NCBI GenBank assembly: GCA_963666215.2 | Contig: CAXWPL010000001.1 | Location: 608,001 to 672,000 of the forward strand | DNA: 64,000 bases | Source of the DNA: Acidobacteriota bacterium | Lineage (GTDB): Bacteria; Acidobacteriota; UBA890; WLXD01 | Direction: 5' to 3' | Shown here: positions 21,968 through 32,284 of the stretch, one piece after another | Position numbering within the stretch: the stretch's first letter is position 1 | Layout of the letters: every line of letters starts with the position of its first letter | The notes under the pieces: generated by a model | What the model saw: only the letters and a program-made list of their open reading frames with translations | What the model was told of the DNA's origin: nothing | Databases searched by the model: none | Program-made: the position numbers and the translations under genes

Positions 21968-24375
21968 ATGCGCGATCTCAAAGAAGCCTTCCAATCGCTC
22001 ATAGCGACCCCGGTCCCGACGCTGGTTATCGTGATCACATTGGCGTTGGCCATCGGTGCCAACACGTCGATCTTCAGCGTGGTCAACGGCGTGTTGTTGC
22101 GGCCGCTCGGATTCGACGACGAGGATTCGCTCGTTGTGCTGTGGGAAACCAACGCGCAGCAGGCTGTCGACAAGTCCGAGACCTCAACCGGGAACTACCG
22201 CGACTGGCGCCGTCAATCGAGCTCGCTCGACGGCCTCCTGGCCATCTATCGCTATCGCGGATTCACGATGACGGGCCTGGAGCGGCCGGCTCGCGTCAAC
22301 AGCATTCAGATCTCGCCCCGCGCCTTCGACGTGCTCGGCGTCCCGCCCATGGCAGGGCGAACACTCGACGACGACGACGAGGTGCCGGGCAACGAGCGCC
22401 TCATCATGCTGACGCACGCCTCCTGGACGCGTCGCTTTGGCGCCGACCCGAGCGTAGTGGGCAACTCCGTTGAGCTCGATGGCGAGGCGTACTCGATCGT
22501 GGGAATCATGCCCGAGGGATTCGTGTTCCCGCCGGGCGACGCGAGCGTCGAGATGTACTCACCTCTGACCATCGCCGAAACGAGCGCGATGGACCGACCC
22601 CACCGCATGTACAACACGGTCGGCCGACTGGCGGCCGGCACAAGCTTGGCAGCGGCGCAAGACGAGCTCGACGCGATCGGCGCCCAGATCGCCGCCGACT
22701 TCCCGCAGTCGAACGAGGGCTGGGGCATCTCGGTGATTCCCATGCGCGCGGAGGTCGTCGGGGAGATCGGCTCCACCCTGTGGGTACTGCTCGGGGCCGT
22801 CTTCGCGGCTCTTCTCATTGCCTGCGCCAACATCGCCAACCTGCTTATCGCCCGGTCCCGTGAGTCGTCGCTCGACTTCACGATCCGAGCGGCACTGGGT
22901 GCGGCACGCTGGAAGCTGGTCCGCCGATCGCTCGCCGACAGCGTCGTGCTGGCCGCGGTTGGCGGCGCGGGCGGATTGCTGCTGGCGCTCTGGGGAATCT
23001 CGTTTCTGCGTACGGTGATTCCGGCATCGGTGCCGCGGAGCGACGAGATTGGCGTCGACGGCACGGTGCTGGCGTTCGCGATTGCCATCACCGCGTTCAC
23101 CAGCTTGGCGTTCGGGCTCATACCCGCCCTGCGCGTGATGACCCCCAACCTGTCCGACGCGCTCAAGGCGGGCGGTAAGCGCTCGCTGCCGGCTCGGTCG
23201 CGTTGGGCGTCGGCGACGCTGGTCGTGGCCGAGGTGGCGCTGGCACTCGCGCTGCTAATTGGCGCCGGCCTGATGGTCCGGAGCTTCACGAGTCTGAGTG
23301 AGACCGACCCTGGGTTCCGCAAGGAAGGCGTGGTGGCAATCTCGCTGCAACTGCCGTCGTCGCGGTACAGCGGCTCCGATGACAATCGTGCGTTCTACAT
23401 GCGACTCGCCGAGCTCGTGTCGCGAATCCCGGACGTTTCCAGCACGGGAGCTGTATCTGATCTGCCCATGAGCGAAGTGGGCTTTGGCTTCGAGATGCCG
23501 TTCTCCGTTGTCGGCCTCGACGCCGAGTCCCCACGGAGCGGCCGCGTGCTGCCTTTCGTGGCGTGATTCCGAGCTACATCAAGACCATGGGCATTCCGCT
23601 TGTTCGCGGACGCCTCCTCGAGCGCCTCGACGGCGACGAAGGGCGTGCGGTTGCAGTCGTCAATCAGGCGCTCGTCGATCGCTACTTCCGCGACCGCGAT
23701 CCGATTGGTGAGATGTTGCAGATGCCGATGGCCGGCGAGCTCGAGATCGTCGGCGTGGTGGGCAATACGCGGCACGGCGGGCTGCAGTCGGAGATCGAGC
23801 CTGAGCTCTACGTGCCCTTCATGCAGATGCCCTTCTCCGACATGCACTTCGTCGTGGCTACCGACGTGGACCTCGGCGCGGTGGCCCGCGCGGTCAGCGG
23901 CCGTATCTCGGAGCTCGACCCCGAGCTGGTGCCAACCTCGGTCACGCGTATCGACGAGATGCTGTGGGAGTCGGTAGCGCAGCCGAGATTCAACACCGCC
24001 CTGCTCGTTGGTCTGGCGATGTGTGCCGGCCTGCTGGCGGCCGTTGGCATTTACGGAATCGTGAGCTACTCCGTGGTTCAACGTACCGGCGAGATTGGCG
24101 TTCGCATGGCGCTCGGTGCGGACCGGCAGGCAACCGTTTCGTTGGTGATCAGACACGCGATGACGCTTGTCGGAATCGGTAGCGTCGTGGGGATCGGGAT
24201 CTCACTGGCCGCAGCCCGATTCCTCGAACAGATGCTGTTCGATGTCGAGCCAACCGACATCGCCACCTACACAATCGTTACGTCTTCGGCGCTCATGGTC
24301 GGACTCTGTGCCGCCGCGCTGCCGGCACGCCGCGCGACTCGGATCGATCCGATCGTCGCGCTCCGAAACGACTAG
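21968..24375 (+). CDS. ADOP-type duplicated MacB/FtsX ABC permease (apparent frameshift at C-run ~23530)
   Basis: AGGAG RBS. TLALAIGANTSIFSVVNGVLLRPL, LIACANIANLL, EIGVRMALGA, RATRIDP. Adding one C gives ..SPTERPRAAFRGVIPSY. Confidence 0.9.
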
Positions 24376-24432
24376 GAGCTCCCCGGGAAGAACCGGCCTG
24401 GGGATCTTGTTGTTTTGTTGAGTGTTTTTCGT

Positions 24433-24488
24433 TTGACCCATAAGAACCTCAGGGGTAATCTCTGCCTCAACCCATAAGAACCTCAGGG
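24433..24488 (+). promoter_or_regulatory. Sigma70-like promoter overlapped by two identical 19-bp putative PadR operators
   Basis: TTGACC (24433)-17 bp-TAATCT (24456). ACCCATAAGAACCTCAGGG at 24436-24454 and 24470-24488. Confidence 0.7.
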
Positions 24489-24528
24489 ATCGGATCGAGG
24501 CTGAAGAGCCTAAGACAGAGAGCCGGAC

Positions 24529-24858
24529 TTGGAGCTGCTACGAGGCACCCTCGACATCCTTCTACTCAAGACGCTGAGCGGCGGCTCGATGCACGGATAC
24601 GCCGTGTCACAGGCAATCCGCCGAGCATCGCAAGACGCGCTGCACGTGGAGGAGGGAGCGCTGTATCCCGCCCTCCGACGACTCGAGAAGAAGGGCTTGC
24701 TGGAGTCCCGCTGGGGAACTTCGGATACGGGCCGACAGGCCAAGTTCTATCGGCTGACCGAGCGCGGACATCAGCGACTGCGGCGCGAGATGGACCGCTG
24801 GGGTGAGTACGTCGACGCGATGGCCGGCGTGCTCTACGGGGCTGGTGACTCCGAATGA
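24529..24858 (+). CDS. PadR-family transcriptional regulator (acidobacterial type)
   Basis: LLRGTLDILLLKTL..HGYAV..VEEGALYPALRRLE..GRQAKFYRLT. Confidence 0.95.
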   Translation: MELLRGTLDILLLKTLSGGSMHGYAVSQAIRRASQDALHVEEGALYPALRRLEKKGLLESRWGTSDTGRQAKFYRLTERGHQRLRREMDRWGEYVDAMAGVLYGAGDSE

Positions 24859-27560
24859 GCCGTCGAGCGCCACGGACCGCACAGGGCCAGCTAGCCGAGC
24901 CGGCCAGCATGCAGGACGACGTCAAACGAGAGCTCGCCGCCCATCTGCAGATGCGGCAGGCCGACCTCATTGCCGCGGGATTCTCCGCGCAGGAGGCGCG
25001 CCGCGAAGCGCTGCGCTCGTTCGGTGACCTGGATTCGATATCTGACGAGTGCTGTCGCATCACCGACACCAGCGACATCACCGACGCCCGGCGGAGCTTC
25101 GTGGATATGCTCGACTCACTCTGGCAAGACCTCGTCTACGCTGCCCGGCGACTGCGTCACGAGCCGGCGTTCGTTGCCGCGGCGGTGCTCACGCTGGCGG
25201 TCGGAATCGGCGCCAACACCGCCATCTTCAGCGTCGTCGACGCCGTGCTCCTCCGCCCGCTGCCGTACTCCGACCCCGACCGACTCGTGGCCCTGTGGGA
25301 ACGTGCCGAGAACGGCGGCGAGTCGCACGTTTCACCACCGAACTTCGTCGACTGGTACGAGCAGAGCAGTTCCTTCAACGGCATGGCGGCACACCCCACG
25401 TACAGCTTTGGCGGTCGCTCGACCGTTCTTGGCGGCGACTCGCCAGCGCGAATCTACGTCTCCCCGGTTTCGGCAGACTTCTTCTCGGTATTCGGCACCG
25501 AGCCGCTACACGGCCGCGTGTTCGCCAGCGAGGAGCACGTCGAGGGCGGCGGCGCGGTGGCCGTCGTCAGCCACCGGTACTGGCGCACGCATCTCGCCAG
25601 CGAAGCGAAGCTCGATCGGGAGCTGCGCTTCTTCGGCGAGGCCTACGACATCGTGGGTGTCATGCCCCCCGGCTTCGAGTTCCCCGGCGAGACGGACGTT
25701 TGGATTCCCGGCGAGCGCTTCGGCGGCGGCGGCACCCGCAGCGCCCACAACTTCGCTGTCGTGGCTCGGCTGGGCCCCGATGTCACCGTCGAGCAGGCGA
25801 GCTCAGAGTTGAACGCCATTGCCACAACGCTGAAAGCGCTCTACCCAGACGACAACGACGCCGTTGGAGTGAACGTTCGCCCGCTGCACGATCAGGTTGT
25901 CGGGGGCGCCAAGCGTTCGCTTTGGCTTCTGTTCGGAGCCGCAGGGCCTGTTCTCCTGGTTGGTTGCAGCAACCTGGCGAGCGGACTCCTGGCCCGCGCC
26001 GCCAGCCGGGAGCGAGAGATGGCAACGCGCGCCGCCATCGGCGCCGGCCGCCTCCGCGTAGTTCGACAGTTGCTCACGGAGAACCTCCTGCTCGCCCTGC
26101 TCGGCGCGGGTGTTGGGTGGCTCGTTGCAGCAACCCTGCTGCGAACCCTCGTGCTCGCCGGCGCAAGCTCGCTGCCGTCGACCTTCGCACCTCAACTCGA
26201 CTCCAAGGTGTTGACCTTCACGTTGGTGCTCGCGCTCGGAACGACGCTGGCGTTCGGACTCCTTCCGGCCCTCGGCGCGGGGCGCCTCGACCTGACGCAC
26301 GCGTTGCGCTCCGGAGGACGCGGCAGTGCCGGCGCCGGACGCCGCGCGATGTGGCAGCTCCTGGTTGCAACCGAGGTCGCTCTGGCGGTTCTGCTGCTCG
26401 TTGGCTGCGGCCTGTTGCTGCGCAGCTTCGCCGGACTCGTTGCCATTGACACCGGTTTCGAGCCCGACAACGTCCTGACCGTCGACATCGCCCTGCCCGC
26501 CACCGAGTATGCCGACGACGACGCGATCGTCGCCTACTACGACCGCGCGCTCAGAGAGATCGGCGCCTTGCCTGGCGCCACGAGGTCTGGCCTGATCAAC
26601 CACGCTCCCCTGTCGGGCAACACGCTCAACGGCGCCTTCGATTTTGAAGAACGCCCGGGCGAGAACGGCTCCTCCTCGTATCGCGTGGTCAGCGCCGACT
26701 ACTTCCAGGCGTTGGGCATCGAGCTGCTCGATGGGCGCGGTTTTGCGGCCAGCGACGACGCGGCCGCGGCACCAGTCGTAATCGTCAATGAGGAGCTCGC
26801 GAGGCGCTTCTGGCCCGGAGAGAGCGAGAGCGTTATTGGCGAGCGAATCGGCAACCTACGCAACGATTCGTTCGTGTACGGCGACGCCTGGATGACCATC
26901 GTCGGTGTGGTTGGCAACGTACGCCACGCCGATCTCACTCGCCCGCCGGCCCCCGCGGCCTACGTTCACTACCGGCAACGGCCGTTCCGTGCCCGCGGCG
27001 CTACTTTGGTGGTTCAAACCAGCGCAGCGCGAACAGGTCCCGCAGGGCTGGCAGGGCTGGCAGGGCTGGCAGCCACGATCCGCGACCGAATCGAGCAGCT
27101 CAACACCGAGGTGCCTTTCGAGATCAGCAGCATGGAAGCTCGGCTGGCGAGCTCCCTGGCACCCCGACGCTTCGGCCTCGCTCTGGTCGCCCTGTTCGCT
27201 GCCGCGGGTCTGCTCCTCGCCACGGTCGGGATCTACAGCGTGGTGTCCTACACGGTGGCGCAGCGTACACGCGAGATCGGCATCCGAATCGCTCTCGGTG
27301 GCCAGCCGGCACAGCTGCGACGCCTGGTCGTTGCCAACACCTTGGGCGTGGTCGGGGCGGGCGCCGTTGTCGGTATCGGTGCCAGCCTGCTGCTCGGTCG
27401 TGGCATCCAGCGCCTGCTGTTCGACGTCGGTCCCAGCGACCCGATCACCCTGGCGACCGTCACCCTTCTCCTGCTGGTAGTGGCCTCGGCAGCCAGCTAC
27501 GTGCCGGCACGCCGCGGCACACGTGTGGATCCGGTGGCGTCGATGCGGAGCGGTCTCTAG
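24855..27560 (+). CDS. ADOP-type ABC permease with N-terminal permease-prefix domain
   Basis: ELAAHL..G.SAQEARREALRSFG prefix, GANTAIFSVVDAVLLRPLPY, REIGIRIALG, RVDP. ATGA-coupled to padR. Confidence 0.93.
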   Translation: MSRRAPRTAQGQLAEPASMQDDVKRELAAHLQMRQADLIAAGFSAQEARREALRSFGDLDSISDECCRITDTSDITDARRSFVDMLDSLWQDLVYAARRLRHEPAFVAAAVLTLAVGIGANTAIFSVVDAVLLRPLPYSDPDRLVALWERAENGGESHVSPPNFVDWYEQSSSFNGMAAHPTYSFGGRSTVLGGDSPARIYVSPVSADFFSVFGTEPLHGRVFASEEHVEGGGAVAVVSHRYWRTHLASEAKLDRELRFFGEAYDIVGVMPPGFEFPGETDVWIPGERFGGGGTRSAHNFAVVARLGPDVTVEQASSELNAIATTLKALYPDDNDAVGVNVRPLHDQVVGGAKRSLWLLFGAAGPVLLVGCSNLASGLLARAASREREMATRAAIGAGRLRVVRQLLTENLLLALLGAGVGWLVAATLLRTLVLAGASSLPSTFAPQLDSKVLTFTLVLALGTTLAFGLLPALGAGRLDLTHALRSGGRGSAGAGRRAMWQLLVATEVALAVLLLVGCGLLLRSFAGLVAIDTGFEPDNVLTVDIALPATEYADDDAIVAYYDRALREIGALPGATRSGLINHAPLSGNTLNGAFDFEERPGENGSSSYRVVSADYFQALGIELLDGRGFAASDDAAAAPVVIVNEELARRFWPGESESVIGERIGNLRNDSFVYGDAWMTIVGVVGNVRHADLTRPPAPAAYVHYRQRPFRARGATLVVQTSAARTGPAGLAGLAGLAATIRDRIEQLNTEVPFEISSMEARLASSLAPRRFGLALVALFAAAGLLLATVGIYSVVSYTVAQRTREIGIRIALGGQPAQLRRLVVANTLGVVGAGAVVGIGASLLLGRGIQRLLFDVGPSDPITLATVTLLLLVVASAASYVPARRGTRVDPVASMRSGL
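27042..27072 (+). repeat. In-frame 9-bp tandem repeat (GCAGGGCTG)x3+ encoding AGLAGLAGL
   Basis: Directly visible in the sequence. Confidence 0.9.
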
Positions 27561-27617
27561 AAGGGGCTCACGAGCGACAGGAGCCCGGACGGGCGAAGCC
27601 TTCGCTTGAACGCAGAA

Positions 27618-27644
27618 CGGGCCCCAGCCGCAGGCTGGAGCCCG
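27618..27644. terminator. GC-rich hairpin between convergent genes
   Basis: CGGGCCCCAGCC-GCA-GGCTGGAGCCCG. The U-tract is weak. Confidence 0.5.
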
Positions 27645-27670
27645 AAAATCGTGGCCGACTCCGCGGCGAG

Positions 27671-28513
27671 CTAGTTGTTGGAACGCCGGATCTTCACGCC
27701 GCCGTTGGTGGTAACAGCGCGCACCTTGGGGCCGCCGGAGCCAAGTGCGACGTCGAGGCGCTTGTTGCTCATCCGCTGAACCATTACGGGGAAGTCGAGA
27801 TCGAGTGAGCCGTTCACCGTGCCGGTCTCGAGCTGGGCGTTGTAGCCGTCGGGAACGTTCATCACCAGGCCGCCGTTGGTGGTGCTGGCGTCGAGGCCAG
27901 CGCCGTCCCAGGTGCTTCCCCTCAGGCTCACCGTCAGCCCGCCGTTGCGGGTCTCGCCGACCACGTCACCGCCGAGCGCTTTGAGCGACACGCCACCGTT
28001 CTGGGTTTCGAAGCGGATACGACCGCTGACGTCGGCAATCGAGATGCCGCCGTTGTTGGCTTCGAGGTCGAGATCGTTGCGGTGCGGCACGGAAACGCGG
28101 AATCCAACCCACCACGACTCCTCACGACCGGTGCTCGGACCGCTGGCGGTGATCTCACCTCCAGACATGCTCAACCGCACCGCCGAGGCCAGCTCGCGGG
28201 CGCGCTCGTCGCTTCGAGCCTGTGTCATCACGCGCATGCGGACGAGAATCTCATCGCGATCCCAACCCTCCACACTGATGCCGCCGTTCCTGCCCGCATC
28301 AACACGGATCGCGGTCGGCGCCATCGACGCTTCCCGGACCTCGCAGAATCGCTCGCCGTCGCCCGAGCCGCGGCTCTCCAGGCACCAGCTGTCGTCGGCA
28401 ATCGTTTGCACCTGCTGAGCTGCAGCAGGCGCGGCGCCGACCGCCATCACAATCACCAAGCTCGTCGCGCCCATCGCGCGAAGTCGAGTTCGAATCGTCA
28501 TATCCGTCTCCAT
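27671..28513 (-). CDS. DUF4097/adhesin-like beta-strand repeat secreted protein
   Basis: Signal peptide and repeated T.NGG motifs (NGGISV, NGGISI, NGGVSL, NGGLTV, NGGVKI). Confidence 0.85.
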   Translation of the reverse strand: METDMTIRTRLRAMGATSLVIVMAVGAAPAAAQQVQTIADDSWCLESRGSGDGERFCEVREASMAPTAIRVDAGRNGGISVEGWDRDEILVRMRVMTQARSDERARELASAVRLSMSGGEITASGPSTGREESWWVGFRVSVPHRNDLDLEANNGGISIADVSGRIRFETQNGGVSLKALGGDVVGETRNGGLTVSLRGSTWDGAGLDASTTNGGLVMNVPDGYNAQLETGTVNGSLDLDFPVMVQRMSNKRLDVALGSGGPKVRAVTTNGGVKIRRSNN

Positions 28514-28622
28514 CGACGTTGTCCCGCTGAGCTCAGGCTCGAGCGGGAGTGAAAGCGTCGCAACGGCGGGGAGCGGTTCGCCAACGACGTTGGTGTCGGT
28601 AGGTTTGACGCAGAAAGCCCGG

Positions 28623-29759
28623 TCAGGGTTTGGAGCGCTTGCTCGACGAGCCAGGCCAGACGAGCCAGCCTTTGCGGTAAAAAAACACGAGCGTGATCAG
28701 AGCGACCACCAACATCACGCCGAACACGAACGGATAGCCGAAGTACCAGTTGAGCTCGGGCATATTCCACGGCGAACGTTCGGGATTGAAATTCATGCCG
28801 TAGATACCGGCCACGAACGTCAGCGGGATGAAGATCGTGGCGATCATCGTCAGCGTCTTCATCACGTCGTTCATATGGTTGCTGACCGCCGACATGTAGA
28901 CATCGATGAGGCCTGAGCCCAGCTCGCGGTAGTTCTCCACCAGGTCCATGAGCTGGATGGTGTGGTCGTAGCAGTCGCGCAGGAAGAACTCGGTGCCCTT
29001 CGTGACGAATTTCTCGGAGTCGCGCGACAGCGCCATCAGCATCTCGCGATGCGGCCAGATGGTTCGCCGAATCGCGATCAGGTCGCGCTTGATGGCCTGT
29101 ATCGACCCCAGAGTCGAGCGGCTGGTGTCGCGCAGCGCGACCAGCTCGAGGCGCTCGATACGCTCGCCGTAGTCCTCGAGAACCGGGAAGTAGGTGTCGA
29201 TCACGGCGTCGATCAGCGCATACGTCAGGTAATCGGGTCCGGAGCCCCGAACACGCTCGTGACCTGCACGGATGCGGTGCCGAACAGCCTCGAAGCAGTC
29301 GTCACCGTGCTCTTCGAACGTCAGCACGTATCCCGTGCCCAGGAAGAGGGCGATCTGCTTGGTGTCTAGCACGTCGCCCGTAAGCAGGACCGGGGTGCGA
29401 ACGACGACGAACACCTCGTCGTTGTACTGCTCGGTCTTGGCGCGCTGATGATGATTCAGAACGTCTTCGAGGGCCAGGTCGTGGAGCTTGAACAGGTCCC
29501 CTACTTGGCGCAGCAAACCCGGGTCGTCGATGCCCTCGACGTTCACCCAGGTCACCGGCGCCTTGCCGAGGTGTTCGGCTACCTGCTCCGCCGTGTCGCA
29601 CACATGTTCCTCGAGGACGTCCGGCCCGTAGCAGATCACGCTCATCTTCGACGGCTTCACCTCTCGACGGATGAAGAGCGTCCCGGGAGCGGTGCCCGGT
29701 GCTACGCCCAGGTAGTGGCGTGGAACGCGCCCTTCGGAGTCGCTGCCGAACATCACCAT
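28623..29759 (-). CDS. corA: Magnesium/cobalt transporter CorA
   Basis: LHDLALEDV, YGMNF signature, MPEL, two C-terminal TMs. Confidence 0.96.
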   Translation of the reverse strand: MVMFGSDSEGRVPRHYLGVAPGTAPGTLFIRREVKPSKMSVICYGPDVLEEHVCDTAEQVAEHLGKAPVTWVNVEGIDDPGLLRQVGDLFKLHDLALEDVLNHHQRAKTEQYNDEVFVVVRTPVLLTGDVLDTKQIALFLGTGYVLTFEEHGDDCFEAVRHRIRAGHERVRGSGPDYLTYALIDAVIDTYFPVLEDYGERIERLELVALRDTSRSTLGSIQAIKRDLIAIRRTIWPHREMLMALSRDSEKFVTKGTEFFLRDCYDHTIQLMDLVENYRELGSGLIDVYMSAVSNHMNDVMKTLTMIATIFIPLTFVAGIYGMNFNPERSPWNMPELNWYFGYPFVFGVMLVVALITLVFFYRKGWLVWPGSSSKRSKP

Positions 29760-29924
29760 GGGTGTCCTTGTACTCGGAAACTACGGTTTCGCGTGCGACG
29801 GCCGCACGTAGTCAGGAGACCGTAACTCGCCCTCGACATGGTGAGCGACCCCCTGGGGATTTGACTTTCGAGAGATCGTGGATTTGATTCACGCGATCGC
29901 TGCAAGACAACGACGGAGGTCGCC

Positions 29925-32216
29925 ATGGGACCGGCTCGAATGACCATGACCCGCCATCACATCACACCGAGCTCTCTTCACAGAACGATCGCGCTCGCTG
30001 CGCTCATGACCCTCAGCGCGACCACCTTGACCACGCCGCCGGCACGAGCCACGGCGAACAACGCCACCGCGCCCGGTTCCACGGCGCAGGCGTTCTCGAT
30101 CGACGAGGTTCTGAGCTCGTCCTTCCCCACCAACCTGATCGCCGCCCCGGCGGGCCAGCGCATCGCCTGGATCGGCAACGACCAGGGCCGCCGGAATGTC
30201 TGGGCGGCAGACGGACCCGACTGGAGTCCACGCCGTCTCACCGGCTACGGCGACGACGACGGCATCGAAATGTCGGACTTGGCGTTCACCCCCGACGGCG
30301 AGCGACTCGTATTCCTCCGCGGCGGCGCCCCGAATCGTGGCGGCGAGCTCCCGAACCCCACCAGCGCCATCGACGGACCGTCACGCGCGCTGTGGATCGT
30401 CGAGGCCTCCGCGGGCGCAGCGAGTGGACCGCGGCGGCTCGGCAGTGCAGTGCGCGCCACGATGTCACCCACCGAGCCTCGAATCGTGTGGGCGGACAGC
30501 GGCAGCGCGTGGAGTCTCTGGCTCGGCGATGGGAGCTCCGTCTCTCACGAAGAGCTCTCGGCCGATGCCGAGACGAAGGGGCAGTCGCCGTCGGATTCGA
30601 CCCTGAGCCCGGAGCGGCTCTTCTCGGTCCGTTCCGGCCTCAGCGGCCTGCGCTTCTCGCCCGACGGATCGCGGCTGGCTTTCGTGAGCCCGCGCGACGG
30701 CCGCGCGATTCTGGGCCTCTTCGCGCTCAACGCCAGCGGGCACGACACCGCGGCCGGAGAGCTTCGCTGGCTGACCAACTCGGCCGATCGCGACAGCCGC
30801 CCGCGTTTCTCTCCGGATGGAACCAAGCTCGCGTTCGTGCGCTTTCCGGCGGGCCACGAAGGCTTCGCAATCTGCACGCTCGACATGAGCTCGGGAGTGG
30901 AGCGCGAGCTGTGGCGCTCCTCCAACGACACCAGCGGCGGCTACCCGCGTGCCGTGTCGGGCAGCTACGACCTGATGTACGGCGACGGCCAGCTGGTCTT
31001 CCCCGGCGAATGGACCGGTTGGAATCACCTCTACACCGTGCCCGACAACGCCCAGGCTGGCACCGAGCCGCGCGAGTTAACACCGGGGAACGGCATCGTC
31101 GAGAACGCGACGCTTTCGAGCGACGGCGGCTGGGTTTGGGTAAGCACCAACACGCAGTCGCTCGATACGCGGCAGCTCGGCCGCATCCGCCTCACCGATG
31201 GCCACACCGAGTGGATCGAGTCGGGAGGCGCGATTGGCTGGAACCCGTCGCCCGCACCTGACGACTCGTGGATCGCCTACCTGCGTGCCGACGCGCGAGA
31301 GCCCGCGAGCGTCTACACCCGAGTGCTCGCCGAGGACAGCGGCCGACGCGCCAACGAGTTACCGGCCGCCTTTCCATACGGCGAGCTGGTTGAGCCACAA
31401 GGCGTTGTCTTCCGCGCCGCCGATGGCGTCGAGATTCACGGCCAGCTTTTCCTGCCGCCCGGCGTCAGCGACGAGGCCGACGCCCCTGGCGTGCTGTTCA
31501 TGCACGGCGGCTCGCGCCGGCAGATGTTCACAGGCTGGCACAACCGCGGCTACTACCACGGGGCTTATGGATTCAATCAGTTTCTGGCCTCGAGGGGCTA
31601 CGTGGTGCTTTCGGTGAACTACCGCTCGGGTATCGGCTACGGCGTGGAGTTCCGCGAGCCCGACGATTACGGCTGGAGAGGCGCCTCGGAGTACCAGGAC
31701 ATCATCGCTGCGGGCCGCTACTTGCAGACGCGCGCGGAAGTTGATGCCGATCGGATCGGGCTGTGGGGCGGGTCCTACGGCGGCTACCTGACGGCGATGG
31801 GACTGGCGCGCGACTCCGAGCTCTTCAAGGCCGGTGTCGACCTGCACGGCGTGCACGATTGGTCCGAGCAGCTGCGCTGGTACGGCCGCGGCGAGATCGT
31901 CGCCCCCAGCGAAACCGAGCGAGATCGGATCGCGCAGCTCGCGTTCGCCTCGAGCCCGGTGGCGAGCATCGATACGTGGCGCTCACCCGTGCTCATTGTC
32001 CACGGAGACGACGACCGCAACGTGCCGTTCGAAGCCAGCATCGACCTGGTCTCACGCTTGCGCGCCAAGGGAGACGTGCACTTCGAAGAGCTCTACTTCA
32101 TCGACGACGTCCACGGCTTCTTGCGCCACGACAACTGGCTCACCGTCTTCCGCAGCGCAACCGACTTCTTCGATCGGCACCTCCGGCCGGCCAGCACAGC
32201 CGCTTCCGGCGAATAG
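29925..32216 (+). CDS. S9-family (prolyl oligopeptidase/DPP-like) peptidase, secreted
   Basis: Propeller repeats FSPDG, GGSYGG nucleophile, HGDDDRNV (Asp), DDVHGF (His). Confidence 0.93.
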   Translation: MGPARMTMTRHHITPSSLHRTIALAALMTLSATTLTTPPARATANNATAPGSTAQAFSIDEVLSSSFPTNLIAAPAGQRIAWIGNDQGRRNVWAADGPDWSPRRLTGYGDDDGIEMSDLAFTPDGERLVFLRGGAPNRGGELPNPTSAIDGPSRALWIVEASAGAASGPRRLGSAVRATMSPTEPRIVWADSGSAWSLWLGDGSSVSHEELSADAETKGQSPSDSTLSPERLFSVRSGLSGLRFSPDGSRLAFVSPRDGRAILGLFALNASGHDTAAGELRWLTNSADRDSRPRFSPDGTKLAFVRFPAGHEGFAICTLDMSSGVERELWRSSNDTSGGYPRAVSGSYDLMYGDGQLVFPGEWTGWNHLYTVPDNAQAGTEPRELTPGNGIVENATLSSDGGWVWVSTNTQSLDTRQLGRIRLTDGHTEWIESGGAIGWNPSPAPDDSWIAYLRADAREPASVYTRVLAEDSGRRANELPAAFPYGELVEPQGVVFRAADGVEIHGQLFLPPGVSDEADAPGVLFMHGGSRRQMFTGWHNRGYYHGAYGFNQFLASRGYVVLSVNYRSGIGYGVEFREPDDYGWRGASEYQDIIAAGRYLQTRAEVDADRIGLWGGSYGGYLTAMGLARDSELFKAGVDLHGVHDWSEQLRWYGRGEIVAPSETERDRIAQLAFASSPVASIDTWRSPVLIVHGDDDRNVPFEASIDLVSRLRAKGDVHFEELYFIDDVHGFLRHDNWLTVFRSATDFFDRHLRPASTAASGE

Positions 32217-32284
32217 AGGCTTACTCGCGGATCGTCGAGTCTGTGGAGCTGCAGGCCGGTTCGTGGCCGCGTAGGATTCCCGAC

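Noticed and set aside
31763-32284. N-terminal extension making a 542-aa protein (likewise the 38715, 46113, 9252 and 36528 starts)
   Set aside because: The extensions overlap neighbouring genes and are Arg/Ala-rich noise. Real starts are downstream.
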